Assembly: GCA_902773245.1 (NCBI GenBank)
Contig: CACYDY010000236.1
Coordinates: 1-24,864 of the forward strand
Origin: an uncultured Ruminococcus sp.
GTDB taxonomy: Bacteria; Bacillota; Clostridia; Oscillospirales; Acutalibacteraceae
Direction: 5' to 3'
Length of the DNA stretch: 24,864 bases
Shown here: positions 6,862 through 16,394 of the stretch, one piece after another
How the letters are laid out: the number at the start of each line of letters is the position of its first letter
Numbering within the stretch: position 1 is the first letter of the stretch
Program-made: the position numbers and the translations under genes
Notes under the pieces: model-generated
What the model was told of the DNA's origin: nothing
Databases searched by the model: none
Seen by the model: the letters and a program-made list of their open reading frames with translations, nothing else

Positions 6862-8620
6862 TTTTTACCTCTGCAATGACAACTCCGTTTGGCTTGACCG
6901 ATCCTCCGCCGAGATTTCTTTCAAAAAGAATATTTCCAAATTGCCTGTCGTCAATCGGATAGCTGTTGCCCGAAGCGTTGAGAATAATTCTGAACGTTTT
7001 GTTTTCACTGAATTTTTCGTATACAATAATTCTGTCGTTTCCGCTGTCGATGAATCGGATATTTCCCTGCCTGAGTTCTTCATTATTCTTTCGCAGAGAA
7101 ATAAGCTTTTTCATAGTTTTTAAACGACCGTCATAAATACCTTTTTCAATCTCTTTCCACGGCATAGGACGTCGGCAGTCCGGGTCGTATCCCCCTTCAA
7201 GACCTATCTCCGTTCCGTAATAGATACACGCCGAACCGTTGAGAGTAAACAGAGCCGCAAGCTCCTGAAAGAAAATGTCCTCGTTTAGATCACACCGAGT
7301 TATCAGCCGCATTGTATCGTGCGAATCAAGCAAATTCAGCAGAACATTGTTGGTTTGTATCTGATATTGATTGGAACAAAAATTAACACCATGTTCAAAA
7401 TCCTTCGCCGTAAAATCGTCGTTGTGCCAAAAGCTGTCAATAATCTCCTGAAGCGAGTAGTTCATTATCGAATCAAACTCATCGCCCCTAAGCCACGCAG
7501 CAGAATTGTGCCAGGTTTCTCCGCAGATAAAAAAATCGGGTTTTATTTCAAAAAGAGTCTTTCGCAGCTGCCTGTTAAAGCTGTGCGAAACCTCGTCGGA
7601 AACGTCCAGCCTGATTGCGTCTATGTCATATTCCGAAACCCACCGTCTGCACACGTTGATAAAATACTGCGCAGTTTCGGGATTATTAGTGTTAAGCTTC
7701 GGCATATCGTCAACAAACGCAAACGAGTAGTATTCGCCCTTTCGTGTTTTTGAACTGCTTTTTGAAAACGGATATTTATTAACAAAGAACCAATCAAAAA
7801 AGCGTGAGTCCCTGCCGTTTTTAAGAACGTCCTGCCAAGGCTCAAACTCGGCTCCGCAGTGGTTGAAAACGCCGTCGAGCATAACTCTGATCCCTCTGCT
7901 GTGAGCTTGTTTTACCAAGCTTTTCATATCCTCGTCGGTTCCGAACGACGAGTCGATCTTGTTGTAATCTTTGGTGTTATATTTATGATTCGAAGTGCTT
8001 TCGTTAACGGGAGTCAAGTAAATCCCCGTAATTCCGAGGTCTTTAAGATAATCAAGCTTCAGTGCGATCCCCTTCAGATCTCCGCCGTAAGCATAGGCAT
8101 TGCTTGCTTTTTTATTGGGCGACGACCAGTTGTGATATATTCTGCCCCTATCCGTCAGGCTGCTGCAGAATCTGTCCACAAAAATCTGATACCACACAGT
8201 TTCATTCACCCATTTTGACGGTTTGACAATATCCGAGCAGTTTATCCAAGGAAAAAAGAAATCCTGCCGTCTGCCCTTATAATTTTTCATTTCCGATTCG
8301 GTTTTCAAGCCGTCCTCAAAAACATAGTACGTTTCGTTTTTACTGTGAACAATAAAGTAGTAGCGGCATCTTTTGAAAGCGGGAGCAACTATCGACTGCC
8401 AGATCCTGTGATTTTTCAAGGTAAAAGCATTAGTCATTTGAATATGCTTTCCCTCCCAGCTTCCGCCGCTGCCGAACATACCCCATTCAAAAGGATCGCC
8501 CCAAACCAATTCCGCGCCGTCAACATCGACATCGGTCTGAAGCTTGACAACAAGCTCGTTTTCATTAAGCGGATAACAGAAATTATCCGTAGAAATATGA
8601 TATACTGCCGATAAATTCAT
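6854..8620 (-). CDS. GH13 alpha-glycosidase (cyclomaltodextrinase/neopullulanase type)
   Basis: N-terminal CDase-like domain, 'WYQIFVDRF', 'GGDLKGI', 'DGVFNH', 'AIRLDV', 'GETW', 'LDSHD', 'YYGTEIG', 'DPDCRRPMPW'. Confidence 0.93.
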   Translation of the reverse strand: MNLSAVYHISTDNFCYPLNENELVVKLQTDVDVDGAELVWGDPFEWGMFGSGGSWEGKHIQMTNAFTLKNHRIWQSIVAPAFKRCRYYFIVHSKNETYYVFEDGLKTESEMKNYKGRRQDFFFPWINCSDIVKPSKWVNETVWYQIFVDRFCSSLTDRGRIYHNWSSPNKKASNAYAYGGDLKGIALKLDYLKDLGITGIYLTPVNESTSNHKYNTKDYNKIDSSFGTDEDMKSLVKQAHSRGIRVMLDGVFNHCGAEFEPWQDVLKNGRDSRFFDWFFVNKYPFSKSSSKTRKGEYYSFAFVDDMPKLNTNNPETAQYFINVCRRWVSEYDIDAIRLDVSDEVSHSFNRQLRKTLFEIKPDFFICGETWHNSAAWLRGDEFDSIMNYSLQEIIDSFWHNDDFTAKDFEHGVNFCSNQYQIQTNNVLLNLLDSHDTMRLITRCDLNEDIFFQELAALFTLNGSACIYYGTEIGLEGGYDPDCRRPMPWKEIEKGIYDGRLKTMKKLISLRKNNEELRQGNIRFIDSGNDRIIVYEKFSENKTFRIILNASGNSYPIDDRQFGNILFERNLGGGSVKPNGVVIAEVKNG

Positions 8621-8656
8621 ACTTTTTCTCCATTCCCGATTTATTCCGTTTTATTG

Positions 8657-8770
8657 ACTATCCACAACGTATATCTCATAATCTAAAAGATTTAGCAATA
8701 CTTATCTCTTTTAAGGGAACGCTCGTCACGCAAAACGTCCCCTGAGCATACGAAATTTTGTTGTGCAGTT
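8657..8770. repeat. Diverged MITE-like copy E2
   Basis: actatccacaac at 8657 is 11/12 complementary to the E1 right end; degenerate gttgtgcagt at 8760; internal hairpin agggaacg...cgtcccct; interior similarity weak. Confidence 0.4.
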
Positions 8771-8794
8771 TAACATGATTCACTCGTCAACAGA

Positions 8795-9568
8795 TCAGGA
8801 AAAATCTTCTTTAGAAGCCTTTTTCTTTTGAATCTTTGCGGTTATAGCCGCCGCAAGCTGTGACGGAACGATCTTTGAAGCTGCCGCCGCAATTTTAACC
8901 GAAATTCCGGGAACGATCACCGTTTCCCCTCTTATCATGTTGAGAACGGCATACTTTGCAACATACTTGCTTGAAAGCGGCTTCATAGAAAAATGCACTC
9001 CGGCAACCTTGTTAAACTCGGTGCTGACCGGACCCGGGCAAAGGGCGGAAACGGTAACCGACGAACCGCACTCTTTAAGCTCATGAGAGGCAGCCTGAGT
9101 CAATCTCAAAACATAAGCCTTGCTTGCATAATAAGCAGCCATATACGGTCCCGGCGCGAAAGCCGCAGCCGAAGCAACGTTAAGAATTTTTCCGCTGCCT
9201 CGTTCTTTAAAATCCTTCAAAAAAAGCTTAAACAAAACGTGCATAGCTTCAACATTGAGTCTTATCATCTCGACCTCACGCTCGCAGCTTGTTTTTGTAA
9301 AATCGCCCCAAACTCCGAATCCCGCATTGTTGATCAGAATGTCTATATTCTCGTCTTTAGTCAGTTCGTACAGCTTCGCTGCCTTCTCGGCATTTCCGAT
9401 ATCCATGGCTATTATGCGAGGTTCACCCTGCAGGCAGCCTGCAAGGGCTTTCAGTCTATCCTCACGTCTTGCGACCAAAATGAGTTCACAGCCGTATGCG
9501 TCGAGAACTCTTGCAATATCACGTCCTATTCCCGAGCTTGCTCCGGTTATCAGTACCTTTGTGGGCAT
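8795..9568 (-). CDS. Short-chain dehydrogenase/reductase (SDR)
   Basis: 'TGASSGIG', 'NNAG', 'NVAS', catalytic 'YYASK'; GGAGG SD. Confidence 0.95.
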   Translation of the reverse strand: MPTKVLITGASSGIGRDIARVLDAYGCELILVARREDRLKALAGCLQGEPRIIAMDIGNAEKAAKLYELTKDENIDILINNAGFGVWGDFTKTSCEREVEMIRLNVEAMHVLFKLFLKDFKERGSGKILNVASAAAFAPGPYMAAYYASKAYVLRLTQAASHELKECGSSVTVSALCPGPVSTEFNKVAGVHFSMKPLSSKYVAKYAVLNMIRGETVIVPGISVKIAAAASKIVPSQLAAAITAKIQKKKASKEDFS

Positions 9569-9607
9569 AAATATTCCTCCAGTTATTACGTTTATTTGAA
9601 TAAAATT

Positions 9608-9636
9608 ATTTTACCATACCATTTTGATTTGTGCAA
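9608..9636 (-). promoter_or_regulatory. sigma-A promoter of the SDR gene
   Basis: Minus strand TTGCAC-17 nt-TAAAAT with TGn. Confidence 0.65.
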
Positions 9637-9725
9637 TATAAAAAAAGAATTTTATATTTCCGCGATATGTTTTCTCTGTTGTATAGAGATACCATAAGAT
9701 ATTCCCTCGTTTTGGAAATGAAAAT

Positions 9726-9749
9726 ACCGCCCCTCTATCTGAGGGCGGT
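9726..9749. other. GC-rich hairpin upstream of the tandem array
   Basis: accgcc-c-ctc / gag-ggcggt stem; no clear U-tail and no gene ends here. Confidence 0.45.
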
Positions 9750-9808
9750 TGATTGTTTAATACATCAGGTATTTTTTAGTATACTATTTCTGTAATATGC
9801 AGACAGGC

Positions 9809-10086
9809 GTAAGTATAGTTTAGTGGGCAGTCACCGAGCGGGAGCCAACTCACCGTTACAAAATGTAAGGCAGCATTACCAGCGGGTGTGTGGTCGCCAA
9901 ACATAAGTGTGAAATTTTAGTAGACAGCCAATGAGCGGAAGCCAACTTAATTGTTACAAAAAGTAAGGCGGCATTACCAGCGGGCGTGTGCCCGCCATAA
10001 GTGTGAAATTTTAGTAGACAGCCGATGAGCGGAAGTCAATTTATTGTTACAAAAATGTAAGGCGGCATTACTTGCCCGCCGCCCGC
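9809..10086 (+). repeat. Tandem array of three ~94-nt structured repeats (9809-9901, 9902-9995, 9996-10086)
   Basis: Shared taagtrtr..tttagtrgrcagyc..gagcggragycaay..gttacaaaa.(t)gtaaggcrgcattac..; period 94 at the 'taag' anchor; no unique spacers. Confidence 0.95.
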
Positions 10087-10115
10087 TTGACATCAAACTT
10101 TTGAGATGATATAAT
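10087..10115 (+). promoter_or_regulatory. Perfect consensus sigma-A promoter for acyltransferase 1
   Basis: TTGACA(10087)-17 nt-TATAAT(10110) plus TGn; AAGGAG SD at ~10156. Confidence 0.9.
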
Positions 10116-10166
10116 TTATTACGACAATGAAAAATCCTGTCAAAGTTTTTATGTTAAGGAGCTTTT

Positions 10167-11231
10167 ATGAATTTTATTTTGCTGCTTTATTTTTTGTTGA
10201 TAATACTTGGTGCAAGAAAATATCCGAAAAATCAGCCGTTTGCAAAGAATTGTTTTAGCAAAGAACAATGCTTGTCTTTGAGAGGGGCTTTTGCCGTTCT
10301 TGTGGTTCTTCATCACGCCGGCAACGAAATTAACGGCACAATGCTGTTTTCTCAGCTTTATCACTTTGGTGTGTGGGCTACGGCAGGGTTCTTTGTGATT
10401 TCGGGGTATGGGCTGACGGTTAGTCTGCAAAACAAAAAGGAGAAGTACCTCGGGGAGTTCGTTTCAAAAAGACTCAGATCTCCCGTGTTTCCTTATTTTG
10501 TAATGATTTTGCTGTATTCGGCGTATTTTCGCATTCGTGATAATTACACGCTCAAAGATGTTCTCAACACGTTTTTGATCGGCGCTCCTATTGTAAAAAA
10601 TTCGTGGTACATAATTGCGATAATGTATCTTTATGCATTGTATTATATATTTGCAAAATTGCTCTTTTTGAAAGGAAAGGTCAGGTCTTTTATTCTTGTC
10701 AACTTTGTGGGAGCGGCTGTTTATATCATGCTTTGCAGAGGAGTCGGTTTCGGAACATGGTGGTATAATACGGTGTTCTGCTTTGTTGTCGGAATAATTT
10801 TTGCGGCATACGAAAAGGATATTATTAAAAAAGTCAAAAAACATATTGTTCCGGTCAATATCCTGACGGCGGTTCTTCTGGCGGTTATTTTTGTTTGTAA
10901 AATCAAGCTCCCAAGAGGAACGGATCTGTTTTTGGGCGCAACGGTTCTGTTTGCTGTCACTTTTGCCGTGTTCGTTCCGTTGTTATGCATGATCGTTGAT
11001 TTTTCCAAAAATGCGGTGTTTAAATGGATAGGCAAAATTTCTCTTGAGTTATATCTTATTCATGGCTTGGTAATAGAATTTTTGAAAACCTGTGACAGCG
11101 TTTATTCAAACGGTGCGGTTTTTGTGTGTTTAACGGTTGTATTGTCGATAATTTCGGCGTGGATCATACATTTTGTGCTTTCAAAATTGTGGTTTGTTAA
11201 AAATTCCCCCCACCATGATAATATAAAATGA
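10167..11231 (+). CDS. Acyltransferase-3 family membrane O-acyltransferase (polysaccharide O-acetylation)
   Basis: 'LRGAFAVLVVLHH', 'GFFVISGYGL', 'SWYII', 'IGKISLELYLIH'; multi-TM. Confidence 0.88.
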   Translation: MNFILLLYFLLIILGARKYPKNQPFAKNCFSKEQCLSLRGAFAVLVVLHHAGNEINGTMLFSQLYHFGVWATAGFFVISGYGLTVSLQNKKEKYLGEFVSKRLRSPVFPYFVMILLYSAYFRIRDNYTLKDVLNTFLIGAPIVKNSWYIIAIMYLYALYYIFAKLLFLKGKVRSFILVNFVGAAVYIMLCRGVGFGTWWYNTVFCFVVGIIFAAYEKDIIKKVKKHIVPVNILTAVLLAVIFVCKIKLPRGTDLFLGATVLFAVTFAVFVPLLCMIVDFSKNAVFKWIGKISLELYLIHGLVIEFLKTCDSVYSNGAVFVCLTVVLSIISAWIIHFVLSKLWFVKNSPHHDNIK

Positions 11232-11273
11232 TAATTCATATTTATTTGTTCAATTTCTTGTCGTATTTGCATA

Positions 11274-11302
11274 TTGTTTATAAGCAATAAATATGTTAAA
11301 AT
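11274..11302 (+). promoter_or_regulatory. sigma-A promoter for acyltransferase 2 / Stealth
   Basis: TTGTTT(11274)-17 nt-TAAAAT(11297) with TGn. Confidence 0.55.
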
Positions 11303-11368
11303 ATTAAAAGTGTGTCATGAAATTTTTGTCGTGATATCAGGCGGCATTTATCTTGAAGGAGCGGTTGC

Positions 11369-12512
11369 ATGGAGTTTTCGAAAAAAAGATACCTCGATTG
11401 TAAAAGGAGTTGCCGTGCTGTTTTTGATTGCGTATCACTGTTTCTCGCAAGAGTTCAGGCTTAACGGTCATGATCTGAGCTTTTATCCGCTTTCACGTTC
11501 AACTGCGTTTGATGTTTTTGAGTCTATGAACATCTGTGTGGGTATGTTCGCCTTTTTGTCGTCTTACGGTCTGACTAAAACTATAAAATATAAAAATCCT
11601 ACGCTCGATATGAACGCAAAGGGCAGCACTCAGTTTATAACAAAACGCTTGATTTCACTTTTGGGATCGTTTTTTATACCGTATGTTCTGTGTACTGCGT
11701 CAACCTTTATCTTTTTGCCCGAAAGAGTTCCTTACGGAAAGGGCGTTGAAAAGATATTCAATCTTGCTGCCGATATGTTCGGTTTGGGCGGCTTTTTGGG
11801 AACGCCGATGATGATCGGTACGTGGTGGTATATGAGCTTTGCCGTTTTGATAATTCTTCTTATGCCCGTGAGCGTTGATATGTACAAGCGGTATGGTCTT
11901 GTTTCGGCAGTGCCGTATGCCGTTTTGCCGATACTTTTCAGTACGAAATTCAACAGCGCAGAACATCTGACAAATATGACCCGATGGCTACTCACTATTC
12001 CCGCAGGAATTATTTTTGCCGACTGCGATCTTCTTGTAAAGCTTAAATCAAGAAAAACTATGAAAAATAAATATGTCGGAAAAGTCTTAAAGCTTTTTGT
12101 TTTGACAGCTCTGCTGCTGTTTCTTTTGTGGCTAAGACGAAACGATTACGTTGAGAAAAGGTTCTATTATTTTATCAGCAGTATTGTTCCGATATTTATG
12201 GTTTATTATATTTATGAATATGTAACGGATATGCCTGTTTTAAATGCTGTTCTGGAGTTTTTCGGAAAACATTCGTCAAACATATTTTATATGCACACCT
12301 TTATAAGAGGCGTATGGTTTCCCGATTTCACCTATTCGCTGGGGCACGCCGCAGTGACGTTTTTGTTTATGGCTGCGGGAAGTCTTGTTCTTTCGTTTGC
12401 GGTTGAAGGACTGAAAAAGCTGATAAAATGGGACGCTGCCGTAAAAAGGTTTATTGAATTTGTTTTAAAGCGTCAGCAGAAGCTTTTCTTTGAAAACAAT
12501 GCTGTTTCTTAA
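11369..12512 (+). pseudogene. Acyltransferase-3 family gene 2, out of frame at an A7 tract (11381-11387): phase-off, pseudogene or sequencing error
   Basis: AAGGAG SD (11356-11361) + ATG 11369 gives MEFSKK then shifts; removing one A gives MEFSKKDTSIVKGVAVLFLIAYH, fused to the long frame ('FAFLSSYGL','WWYMSF','FGKHSSNIFYMH'). Confidence 0.75.
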
Positions 12513-12526
12513 AGGTGGTATATATT

Positions 12527-13522
12527 TTGGATAAAATAGATTTCGTTATGATCTGGGTTGACGGAAACGATCCCAACTGGCAGGCAGAAAAAAATCTTTA
12601 TGACAAATCAAACAAAAAGGGCGACAGCACAGAGGTTCGGTATCGAAGCTGGGATAATTTGCAGTATTGGTTTCGTGCTGTTGAAAAATTTGCGCCGTGG
12701 GTCAACAGGATCCATTTTGTAACGTGGGGACATCTTCCCGAGTGGCTTGACACAACCAATCCCAAGCTTCATGTTGTAAATCACAAGGACTATATTCCAA
12801 AGGAGTATCTTCCGACGTTCAACGCAAACACGATCGAGCTGAATCTTCACAGAATTGACGGACTTGCCGAGCAGTTTGTTTATTTCAACGACGATATGTT
12901 TATCACATCGCCCGTGAAGCCCGACGACTTTTTTAAGGACGGCCGGCCGTGTGACACGTATGCTTTGGACTGCATATATTTCGGAAAAAAGAGCGCCGGA
13001 TTTTTTAACGGAAACGATCTTGAAATTATCAACACGCATTTCCGACGCAAAAAGGCTATGAAAGAGAATTTTTCGAAATGGTATTCGCCCAAAAATGGGT
13101 TCAAGCGAAATATTAAAACCATTGCTCTGAGTATGTGGCCGTGGTTTCCGGGAATGTACTACAGTCATCTCCCGAGTAATTTCCTGAAAAGCACCTTTGA
13201 AACGGTCTGGGAAAAAGAGGGAGATGTTCTCGACGAAACGTGCAGGGACAAGTTTCGCACAAAGAATAACTGCAATCAGTGGCTGATGAAATTCTGGCAG
13301 CTTGCGTCGGGAATTGCAGTTGTGAAAGGCACAAAGGGCGGACGCTGTTTTCATATTAAGGATTCTCTTTTCGATGAAATGCTAAGGTCTATTGAAACAG
13401 GCCGCTACAAGCTGATTTGTGTTAATGATACGGTTAACACTGCCGATTTTGAGAAACAAAAGCAGCAGGTTATAGATTCGTTTTCGAAGCTTCTTCCCGA
13501 AAAGTCGAGCTTTGAGAAATGA
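12527..13522 (+). CDS. Stealth-family hexose-1-phosphate transferase (capsule/exopolysaccharide phosphotransferase)
   Basis: CR1 'IDFVMIWVDGNDPNW', CR2 'LQYWFRAVEKFAPWVNRIHFVT...PTFNANTIE...FVYFNDDMF', CR4 'CVND'; AGGTGG SD favours TTG 12527 over GTG 12515. Confidence 0.93.
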   Translation: MDKIDFVMIWVDGNDPNWQAEKNLYDKSNKKGDSTEVRYRSWDNLQYWFRAVEKFAPWVNRIHFVTWGHLPEWLDTTNPKLHVVNHKDYIPKEYLPTFNANTIELNLHRIDGLAEQFVYFNDDMFITSPVKPDDFFKDGRPCDTYALDCIYFGKKSAGFFNGNDLEIINTHFRRKKAMKENFSKWYSPKNGFKRNIKTIALSMWPWFPGMYYSHLPSNFLKSTFETVWEKEGDVLDETCRDKFRTKNNCNQWLMKFWQLASGIAVVKGTKGGRCFHIKDSLFDEMLRSIETGRYKLICVNDTVNTADFEKQKQQVIDSFSKLLPEKSSFEK

Positions 13523-13531
13523 TAATAAATT

Positions 13532-13655
13532 ACTATCCACAGTTTAAGAAATTATGGAGAGCGAATGCCGGGGTTCGGTGTATGGGCGGCGTCTATAATG
13601 TTAAATAGACTAAAATCCTTGGATCGACAGGAAAAACTCTCAAGATGTGGATAAT
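13532..13655. repeat. MITE-like element copy E3 (~124 bp)
   Basis: aattactatccaca ... tgtggataataaat inverted ends (12/14); full-length similarity to 2649-2777. Confidence 0.65.
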
Positions 13656-13684
13656 AAATAATAAATATTATTTAAGGTGATATT

Positions 13685-16369
13685 ATGAATCAAAAATACA
13701 AATTCATGTTTTCGGTTGTAATTCCTGTTTACAACGTGGAAAAATACCTTCCCGAAACTTTAGACTCCGTTATAAATCAGACTATCGGGTTCAAAGAGAA
13801 TATTCAGATCATTCTTGTCAACGACGGAAGCCCCGACGACAGCGAGAAGATCTGTCTTGAATACAAAGAAAAATATCCCGATAACATTACCTATGTCAAA
13901 CAGGAAAACGGCGGCGTCAGCGCCGCAAGAAACAACGGAATAGAGCATATCAAGGGTAAGTATGTCAATTTCCTTGATTCGGACGACTGCTGGAGCGAAG
14001 AGTCTTTCCGGGAGATTTACAACTTCTTTGAACAGTATTACGACGAGGTTGATATTGTTGCCGCAAGAAAGAGATTTTTTGACGCAAGAAACAGCTTTCA
14101 CCGACTTGACTATAAATTCAAAACAACAAGACTTGTTGATCTGACCGTTGATTATGAATTTATACAAATGGACGTTACCGGCTCTTTCATCAAAGCCGAA
14201 GCTATCGGTAAGCACAGATTTTCTTCAAAGCTTAAGTACGGCGAGGACGCTCAGTTCTTAAATTCGATAATTCTCGATAAATGCAAGCTTGGCGTTGTCA
14301 GAGAGGCTGTTCATCTTTACAGAAAGCGTATTGAGGAAACTTCGGCTCTTCAGAATGAGCTTCAGTCCGAAAGCTATTACATAGATACTCCAAAGTATTT
14401 TCATAAGGATATGTTTGAACAGTCTATAAAAAAATTTGGAAGAATAATAGAATATGTTCAGTACATGATAATGTATGATATTCAGTGGAGATTGCAGAAG
14501 CCTGTCAGACGTCTTCTTGACGATGATGCTTACAGCAAATACAGAGAGAATCTTGTTGAATGCATCAAGCAAATTGACGATTTGATAATTTTAAATCAGA
14601 AAAGTATGTATGTCAATATGAAGATGTACGCGCTGTCGCTCAAATATGACACCGATGTCAGAAAAGAACTGTTGTTTGATCACAACAAGCTGCTTTACAA
14701 GAACGTTCCCGTTGTGAATTTCAAAAGCGCCAAGACGGTGGTTATTTTCCATTTTATTGATGTTCGTGATAATGTTCTGTATCTTGAAGGAAAGGACAAC
14801 TGCTTCCTGCCTGAGGATATGTATGATTTTTACATCGAATCGGACGGCAGAGTTTATCGCCCCGAGTATTATGAATGCACAAAATTTGACGAGGAAGCGC
14901 TTGACGGAGTTGTCTACAAGGGAAGAGGAGTCAAGTTTGAAGTTCCTCTCAAAAACGGCGAAGAGAATAACGTAAGTCTTTTTATCAAAGTTAAAGACCA
15001 TGATATCAACATTTCGTTCGGACTCGGAAAATTTGCTCATATTCCCGATGTTGAGAACGGTTATTACGTAAAAGACGACTACATTCTCACCATTGAAGAC
15101 AAGGCTTTGAAAACCGTTCCGTACAAAGCGGGCATTAAAAGAAAGCTTGAACGCCTTTACAGAAAGACCTTGAAAAAGAAAAACAAGGGATATCTTATTA
15201 AGTATCGTATTCTTTATGATTTCTTCCACAAGATCTACAAGGACAAGATCTGGCTTATTTCCGACCGTGTGAACAAAGCAAACGACAACGGCGAGCATTT
15301 GTTTAAATATATCACGTCGCTAAAGGACAAAAAGGTCAAGCCTTTCTACTATATCGACAAGACCAGCGAGGACTACGGAAAGATGAAGAAAATCGGAAAG
15401 GTTATTCCTTATGATACTCCGGTTTACAGAATTTATTTCCTTTTGGCAGATAAGATCATCTCCTCAAGCGGAAACGAATACGTTATCAACGCATTCAGAA
15501 ACGACAAAAAGTTCCTCGCCGATCTTTACAATTTTGACTATGTGTTCTTACAGCACGGAGTTACCAAGGACGATCTTTCGGACTGGGTCAACAAGTACAA
15601 CAAGAATATCAAAGCTCTTGTTACGGCAGGACGCCCCGAATACAAGTCGTTCTGTGCAAAGGACTATTATTACACACCGGATATTCCTATACTTTCGGGA
15701 TTCCCAAGACATGACAATCTTATGCGTATGCAGAAAGCCGCAGAAAACGAGCAGCCCGAAAAGAAGATTCTCGTTATCCCTACGTGGAGAAAGTCAATCA
15801 AGGGCAGCTACAATCCGATAACGGGTGAGAGTATTTATTTCAACGGCTTCAAGGATACGGAGTATTTCCGCTTTTATAATGCCCTTATCAGCGACAAGCG
15901 GCTTTGCGACTGCATGAAAAAACACGGCTACAAGGGTCTTTTCTGTATGCACCCGTCGCACACAAAGCAGTATGTCGACTTTACTCCGAATGATGTTTTC
16001 ACCGTTAATCACGGTTACGTTGATTATCAGAAGGAGTTCACCACAGCGTCGCTTCTTGTGACGGACTATTCGAGCGTATTCTTTGATTTTGCTTATCTCA
16101 AGAAGCCTATAGTTTATTCTCAGTTTGACAAGGACGAATTTTTCGAGGGTGAGCATGCCTACAAGAAGGGTTATTTCAGTTATGAGGATAACGGCTTCGG
16201 GCCTGTGTGCTACGATCTTGACGGCGTTGTCAATGCTATGATAAAGGTTATTGAAAACGACTGCAAAAACGATCCCGTTTATGTAAAGAGAATTGAGGAG
16301 TTTTATCCTTACTTTGACGAGGATAGCTGCAAGAGAGTTTATGAGTCGGTTTTGAAGATTCCTAAATAA
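13685..16369 (+). CDS. Bifunctional GT2 glycosyltransferase / CDP-glycerol glycerophosphotransferase (TagF-like) polymerase
   Basis: N-term 'SVVIPVYNVEKYL', 'VNDGSPD', 'NGGVSAARN', 'FLDSDD'; C-term 'FLQHGV', 'GFPRHD', 'PTWR', 'TDYSSVFFDF'. Confidence 0.92.
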   Translation: MNQKYKFMFSVVIPVYNVEKYLPETLDSVINQTIGFKENIQIILVNDGSPDDSEKICLEYKEKYPDNITYVKQENGGVSAARNNGIEHIKGKYVNFLDSDDCWSEESFREIYNFFEQYYDEVDIVAARKRFFDARNSFHRLDYKFKTTRLVDLTVDYEFIQMDVTGSFIKAEAIGKHRFSSKLKYGEDAQFLNSIILDKCKLGVVREAVHLYRKRIEETSALQNELQSESYYIDTPKYFHKDMFEQSIKKFGRIIEYVQYMIMYDIQWRLQKPVRRLLDDDAYSKYRENLVECIKQIDDLIILNQKSMYVNMKMYALSLKYDTDVRKELLFDHNKLLYKNVPVVNFKSAKTVVIFHFIDVRDNVLYLEGKDNCFLPEDMYDFYIESDGRVYRPEYYECTKFDEEALDGVVYKGRGVKFEVPLKNGEENNVSLFIKVKDHDINISFGLGKFAHIPDVENGYYVKDDYILTIEDKALKTVPYKAGIKRKLERLYRKTLKKKNKGYLIKYRILYDFFHKIYKDKIWLISDRVNKANDNGEHLFKYITSLKDKKVKPFYYIDKTSEDYGKMKKIGKVIPYDTPVYRIYFLLADKIISSSGNEYVINAFRNDKKFLADLYNFDYVFLQHGVTKDDLSDWVNKYNKNIKALVTAGRPEYKSFCAKDYYYTPDIPILSGFPRHDNLMRMQKAAENEQPEKKILVIPTWRKSIKGSYNPITGESIYFNGFKDTEYFRFYNALISDKRLCDCMKKHGYKGLFCMHPSHTKQYVDFTPNDVFTVNHGYVDYQKEFTTASLLVTDYSSVFFDFAYLKKPIVYSQFDKDEFFEGEHAYKKGYFSYEDNGFGPVCYDLDGVVNAMIKVIENDCKNDPVYVKRIEEFYPYFDEDSCKRVYESVLKIPK

Positions 16370-16394
16370 TAGTTTTTAAGCGATATTTGATAAT

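Noticed and set aside
9809-10086. CRISPR array
   Set aside because: Units are similar along their whole length with no unique spacers; period 94 nt; no cas genes in window.
9809-10086. Tandem T-box, hammerhead or twister-sister ribozyme
   Set aside because: No T-box GGTGGNACC antiterminator motif; CCGATGAG is not followed by stem II and GAAA; twister-sister GCAAG/GTGCAAG motifs absent. The array also lies upstream of the promoter, so it is not that gene's leader.
11274-11368. N-terminal extension of acyltransferase 2 from ORF-track TTG start
   Set aside because: No SD, overlaps a predicted promoter; ATG 11369 has a strong SD and gives a family-typical N-terminus.
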